Made by a program: the position numbers and the translations under genes | The notes under the pieces: generated by a model | The model's input: only the letters and a program-made list of their open reading frames with translations | Database searches by the model: none | What the model was told of the DNA's origin: nothing | Assembly (NCBI GenBank): GCA_963717935.1 | Contig: CAVQXP010000004.1 | Location: 1,408,001 to 1,472,000, forward strand | Length of the DNA: 64,000 nucleotides | DNA from: Candidatus Eiseniibacteriota bacterium | Lineage (GTDB): Bacteria; Eisenbacteria; RBG-16-71-46 | Direction: 5' to 3' | In this document: in pieces, positions 60,169-64,000 of the stretch | How the letters are laid out: each line of letters begins with the position of its first letter | How positions within the stretch are numbered: position 1 is the first letter of the stretch

Positions 60169-61758
60169 ATGACCGAAGAAGAGAAGCAGAGCGCCGAGTC
60201 CGCCGCGGCCGCCGCCGTGGTGAAGCCCAATCCGTTCCAGGAGATCGTCCAGCCCTTCGTGGACGTCTGGCACGCGCCGCGCGCCCTGTGGGGCGTGAAC
60301 CTCGGCTACATGCTCGAGGGCCTGGCCTACTTCGGCGTGCTCGGCTACCTCGCGATCTACTTCTCGCAGGAGGTGTTCGCGGGGGTGGCGAACCCCGACA
60401 CCTACGCGCACAGCATGGTGGCGGTGCTTACCGGAGGCATCACCATCGCCATGCTCTTCCTGGGCTTCGTGCCCGACAAGTGGGGCGTGCGCCGGGCGCT
60501 CATCTGGTCGTTCGTGCTCCTCATCCTGGGACGCGTGCTGATCGCCGCGGCGCCGACGGTCCTGCACCTGCGCGCCGGGCTCTGGTCGCCGCTCCATGTG
60601 GCCACCATGGCGGGCATCCTGATCGTGGTCGTCGGCTACGGCATGTACCAGCCGGCGGCCTACGCCGCGGTCCGGCAGTTCACCACGCCCAGGACCTCGG
60701 GCATGGCGTACGCGATGCTCTACGCCCTCATGAATCTGGGCGGCTGGTTCCCCACGTTCGCGTTCCTGCTCCGCGACAAGGACTTCGCCAACCTCGGCAT
60801 CCCGGGGACGTTCTGGTTCTACGTCGGGATCACGGTCGTGGGGCTGGTCTCGACCGTCGTCCTCCTCACCGGGCGGACGGTCGCGAACGCCATCCAGAAG
60901 GCGAAGGAGCAGACCGCGCTCGAGCAGGGCGAGGCGGAGAAGGCGGGGGAGAAGCCCGCCGAGGCCGCCGCAGGGACCAGCGGCCGTTACCCGCCGATCC
61001 AGATGTGGGTGCTGGTGGCGGCCCTGGCTGTCGCGGTGTATCTCAAGGTCCCGGCGCCGACGAACCTCTACAGCGCCGTGCTCGTGGTCGTGGCCTGGGT
61101 CGTCCTCGCGATGGTACCGGCGAGCGGCCGTTTCCTGGCGCGGCATCCGCTCGCGGACCTCAAGTTCTTCTTCTTCATCTTCGCCCTGATCCCGGTGCAG
61201 ACGCTCTTCACTTACAACTGGCTCGTCCTGCCCGAGTACATTTCGCGCGCCTACACCGGCGTGATCGGCAAGTACTTCGAGATCGGCTCCAACTTCAATC
61301 CCATTCTGATCTTCATCCTCACCCCGATCATCGCGGCCCTGACGCTCAAGCGGAGCGTCTACAACATGATGGTCTGGGGCACCTTCATCATGGCGGCGCC
61401 GGCCTTCCTGCTCGCGCTCGGGCCCTCGCCGTGGACGCTGATTTCCTATCTCGTCATCATGACCATCGGCGAGGCGATGTGGTCGCCGCGCTTCCTGCAG
61501 TACGCCGCCGAGATCGCGCCCGAGGGCCGCACGGGCGAGTACATGGGTGTCGCCCAGTTGCCGTGGTTCCTCACCAAGGTGCTCGTCCCGCTGCTCTATT
61601 CGGGCTGGATGATGGACCGTTACTGTCCGGCGCCGCCGCAACCGGTGAACACGCAGCCCATGTGGCTCATCTTCGGCGTCATCGCGATGGGTTCCACGGT
61701 CCTGCTGATGCTGGCGAAGGGCTGGCTCGGCAAGGACTTCAAGACGAAGGCGGCGTAA
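60169..61758 (+). CDS. MFS transporter, POT/PTR peptide-transporter-like
   Basis: YMLEGLAYFG (degenerate ExxERFxYYG), DKWGVRRA, AYAMLYALMNLG, MTIGEAMWSPRF...IAPEGRTGEYMG. Confidence 0.8.
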   Translation: MTEEEKQSAESAAAAAVVKPNPFQEIVQPFVDVWHAPRALWGVNLGYMLEGLAYFGVLGYLAIYFSQEVFAGVANPDTYAHSMVAVLTGGITIAMLFLGFVPDKWGVRRALIWSFVLLILGRVLIAAAPTVLHLRAGLWSPLHVATMAGILIVVVGYGMYQPAAYAAVRQFTTPRTSGMAYAMLYALMNLGGWFPTFAFLLRDKDFANLGIPGTFWFYVGITVVGLVSTVVLLTGRTVANAIQKAKEQTALEQGEAEKAGEKPAEAAAGTSGRYPPIQMWVLVAALAVAVYLKVPAPTNLYSAVLVVVAWVVLAMVPASGRFLARHPLADLKFFFFIFALIPVQTLFTYNWLVLPEYISRAYTGVIGKYFEIGSNFNPILIFILTPIIAALTLKRSVYNMMVWGTFIMAAPAFLLALGPSPWTLISYLVIMTIGEAMWSPRFLQYAAEIAPEGRTGEYMGVAQLPWFLTKVLVPLLYSGWMMDRYCPAPPQPVNTQPMWLIFGVIAMGSTVLLMLAKGWLGKDFKTKAA

Positions 61759-61812
61759 GCCGGCGCCGGCGGCCGGCGTCAACCCGGAATCCCTGGAGGA
61801 CTGGTCCACACC

Positions 61813-63138
61813 ATGACCGACGCAATTCAGGCTCCCGTCGGCTTCTTCCACCCGTCGCGGGGCACCTACCGCTTCGTGGTGCTGCTCATCGCCGGGCTCC
61901 TCACCTTCGGCAGTTACTTCGCCTACGACTCGGTCGGCGCGCTGGTGGACACGCTGCTCAAGGCGTGGAACACGGACCGTCAGGCCATCGGCGGTCTCTA
62001 CACGCTCTATTCCGTGGCGGCCATCGTGGTCGTGTTCCTGGGCGGGATGCTCATCGACCGGATTGGCACCCGCTGGGCCAGCCTCATCTTCTCGGTGTTG
62101 ATCGTGATCGGCGCGTGCATCGTGGCGGTGGCGCCGAACGTCATGGTGGCGGGCCTCGGCCGGCTGGTCTTCGGCGCCGGAAGCGAGTCGCTGGTGGTGG
62201 CCCAGAGCGCCATCCTCGCCCGCTGGTTCAAGGGCAAGGAACTGGCCTTCTCGTTCGGCTTCACGCTCGCGATTGCGCGGCTCGGGACGCTGTTCAGTTT
62301 CAACACCGAGGAGCTCATCGCCAGCCGCCTGGGCTGGCAGACCGCGCTCTGGGCGGCGGCCGGGTTGTGCCTGTTGAGCCTGCTCGCGAACCTCGTCTAC
62401 TACGCGATGGACCGGCACGGCGAGAGGGTGCTGGGCCTGGCCGAGGCCGGCTCTGGCGACAAGATCGTCTTCGCCGACATCAAGAAGTTCGGCGCGTCGT
62501 ACTGGTACGTCGTGCTGTTGTGCGTGACGTTCTACTCGGCCATCTTCCCGTTCACGGCGCTTTCCACCGACTTCTTCCACGAAAAGTGGGGCCTGCCGCT
62601 CACCGCCGGTGCGGGGGGCAGCTTCTTCTCCGCGGTGTTCGCGAACCTGTTCCACATGTTCTCGACCGCGCCCGGCACCTCGTCCATCATCATCTTCGCC
62701 TCGATGTGCCTGGCGCCGTTTGCGGGCACCATGGTGGACCGGATCGGGAAGCGGGCGGGTCTGATGATGGTGGGCGCGCTGCTCATGATCCCGTGCTACC
62801 TGATCATGGGCTTCACGACCATCCCGCCGATGTTCCCGATGCTCCTGCTCGGCGCGTCGTTCGTCCTCGTGCCGGCCGCCATGTGGCCGGCCGTGCCGCT
62901 CATCGTCGAGGAGAACCGCGTGGGCACGGCGTTCGGCCTGATGACCATGATCCAGAACATCGGCCTCGGACTGTTCCCCTGGCTCAACGGCAGGCTCCGC
63001 GACGTGACGCACAACTACGAGTCGAGCATGGTCATGTTCGCGCTGCTCGGGGCCGCGGGCCTCGTGTTCGCCGTTCTGCTCAAGCGCAGCGACGCGCGCA
63101 GCGGCGGGGTGCTGGACCGCGGGCGTGCCGGGGCCTGA
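61813..63138 (+). CDS. MFS transporter, MFSD1-like
   Basis: FGSYFAYD, GGMLIDRIG, GRLVFGAGSES, WFKGKEL, ARLG, FYSAIFPF, GTAFGLM...QNIG. Confidence 0.85.
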   Translation: MTDAIQAPVGFFHPSRGTYRFVVLLIAGLLTFGSYFAYDSVGALVDTLLKAWNTDRQAIGGLYTLYSVAAIVVVFLGGMLIDRIGTRWASLIFSVLIVIGACIVAVAPNVMVAGLGRLVFGAGSESLVVAQSAILARWFKGKELAFSFGFTLAIARLGTLFSFNTEELIASRLGWQTALWAAAGLCLLSLLANLVYYAMDRHGERVLGLAEAGSGDKIVFADIKKFGASYWYVVLLCVTFYSAIFPFTALSTDFFHEKWGLPLTAGAGGSFFSAVFANLFHMFSTAPGTSSIIIFASMCLAPFAGTMVDRIGKRAGLMMVGALLMIPCYLIMGFTTIPPMFPMLLLGASFVLVPAAMWPAVPLIVEENRVGTAFGLMTMIQNIGLGLFPWLNGRLRDVTHNYESSMVMFALLGAAGLVFAVLLKRSDARSGGVLDRGRAGA

Positions 63139-63284
63139 GGGGGGACGGGTGACGGCCCGGGGTCATCATCCCCGGGGAGACGGACCGGGCGGCAGGTCGT
63201 GCGAGCGACCGGCCGTCCGTCGTTGATTCGGGCGTGGGCGCTGCTGTAGCATCGCGCGGATTCCACCCACCAGGAGGGCCGAGA

Positions 63285-64000
63285 ATGAGTCCGAGCCAGC
63301 AGGAAGGACAGGGAGCCGGGGAGCGGAAGCTGCACCCGGCGGCCTACCGCGAGTTGCAGCCCGGTGAGACCTACGAGCCGTTCGTGCCGCCCACCGCCAC
63401 CGTGCCGGAGTTCACCGCGCGGTCCGTGATCACGGGCATCATCATGGTGATCATCTTCGCCGTGGCCTCGACGTACTCGGGCCTCAAGGTCGCGCAGGTG
63501 ATGGAAGCGGCGATCCCCATCAGCATCCTGGCGGTCGGGGTCTCGGGCCTGTTCAAGCGGCGCAACTCGATCCTCGAGAACGTCATCATCCAGAGCATCG
63601 GCGGCGCCTCGGGGCTGATCGTGGCGGGCTCGATTTTCACGCTCCCCGCGCTCTACATCATGGACGTCGCGCCGGGCACCCTGTCCATGCTGCTGACCAT
63701 CTTCATCGTCTCGGTGCTGGGCGCGTTCCTCGGCCTGCTGTTCCTGATCCCGCTGCGGCGCTACTTCGTCGTCGAGCAGCACGGCAAGCTGCCCTTCCCC
63801 GAGGCCACCGCGATCAACGAGGTCTACGTCACCGGGGAGAAGGGTGGCGAGCAGGCCAAGACCCTGATCATCGCGGCCATCGTCGGCGGCCTGTACGACT
63901 TCCTGGCCGTCACCATGCGGGCCTGGAACGAGATCGTGAACTTCCGCTTCATCCCGATGATCGAGGACCTGGCCACCCGGTACCGGGCGACCATCAGCGT
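63285..64000 (+). CDS. OPT-family oligopeptide transporter (runs off the window; absent from the ORF track)
   Basis: SD AGGAGG; AYREL...YEPFVP, PEFTARS, YSGLK, AAIPISIL, ENVIIQS, IFTLPAL, LIPLRR, LPFPEATA. Confidence 0.92.
   Translation, partial: MSPSQQEGQGAGERKLHPAAYRELQPGETYEPFVPPTATVPEFTARSVITGIIMVIIFAVASTYSGLKVAQVMEAAIPISILAVGVSGLFKRRNSILENVIIQSIGGASGLIVAGSIFTLPALYIMDVAPGTLSMLLTIFIVSVLGAFLGLLFLIPLRRYFVVEQHGKLPFPEATAINEVYVTGEKGGEQAKTLIIAAIVGGLYDFLAVTMRAWNEIVNFRFIPMIEDLATRYRATIS

Noticed and set aside
29072..63152. Very long antisense or alternative-frame ORFs (e.g. 29072..32617 -, 32506..35382 +, 56580..60230 -, 59710..63012 -, 60288..63152 +)
   Set aside because: These are expected in high-GC3 DNA. 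They are Arg/Pro/Gly-rich, carry no motifs and overlap well-supported genes.
1..64000. CRISPR arrays, IS elements, prophage or anti-phage defence genes, rRNA
   Set aside because: No regularly spaced direct repeats, transposase, integrase or phage motifs, or rRNA sequence were seen. Nearly all of the window is accounted for by metabolic and transport genes.

Overview
A very GC-rich (about 70% by eye) bacterial chromosome segment with two parts. (1) Roughly 0.1-37.6 kb is a contiguous osmotic/salt/dormancy stress region. It encodes three trehalose routes (OtsA with two OtsB, two TreT, TreY/TreZ plus a GH57), two predicted glucosylglycerate routes (single-step Ggs-like and GpgS/GpgP-like) with a sugar ABC importer and glycerate kinase, ClC, NapA-like and NhaP-like antiporters, MscS, two CmpX-like membrane proteins, a USP and NhaR. 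It also holds two candidate ribosome-hibernation factors (HPF-like and a Balon/baeRF-like protein). (2) Roughly 37.8-64 kb looks like core genome: aspartate kinase with a probable internal beta-subunit start, tRNA-Gly(GCC), folE, SPFH/NfeD, alkaline phosphatase, an aminotransferase, hbd-ackA, a FabH-like enzyme, a methionine gamma-lyase-like enzyme, and a feoB-(Cys-rich ORF)-feoA operon. It ends with a predicted peptide-uptake locus (Asp-box/Vps10-like secreted protein, POT-like MFS, MFSD1-like MFS, OPT). About ten genes carry clustered single-base indels, most likely long-read consensus errors. I saw no CRISPR array, integrase, transposase or rRNA. All functional calls come from motif recognition by eye, not database searches.
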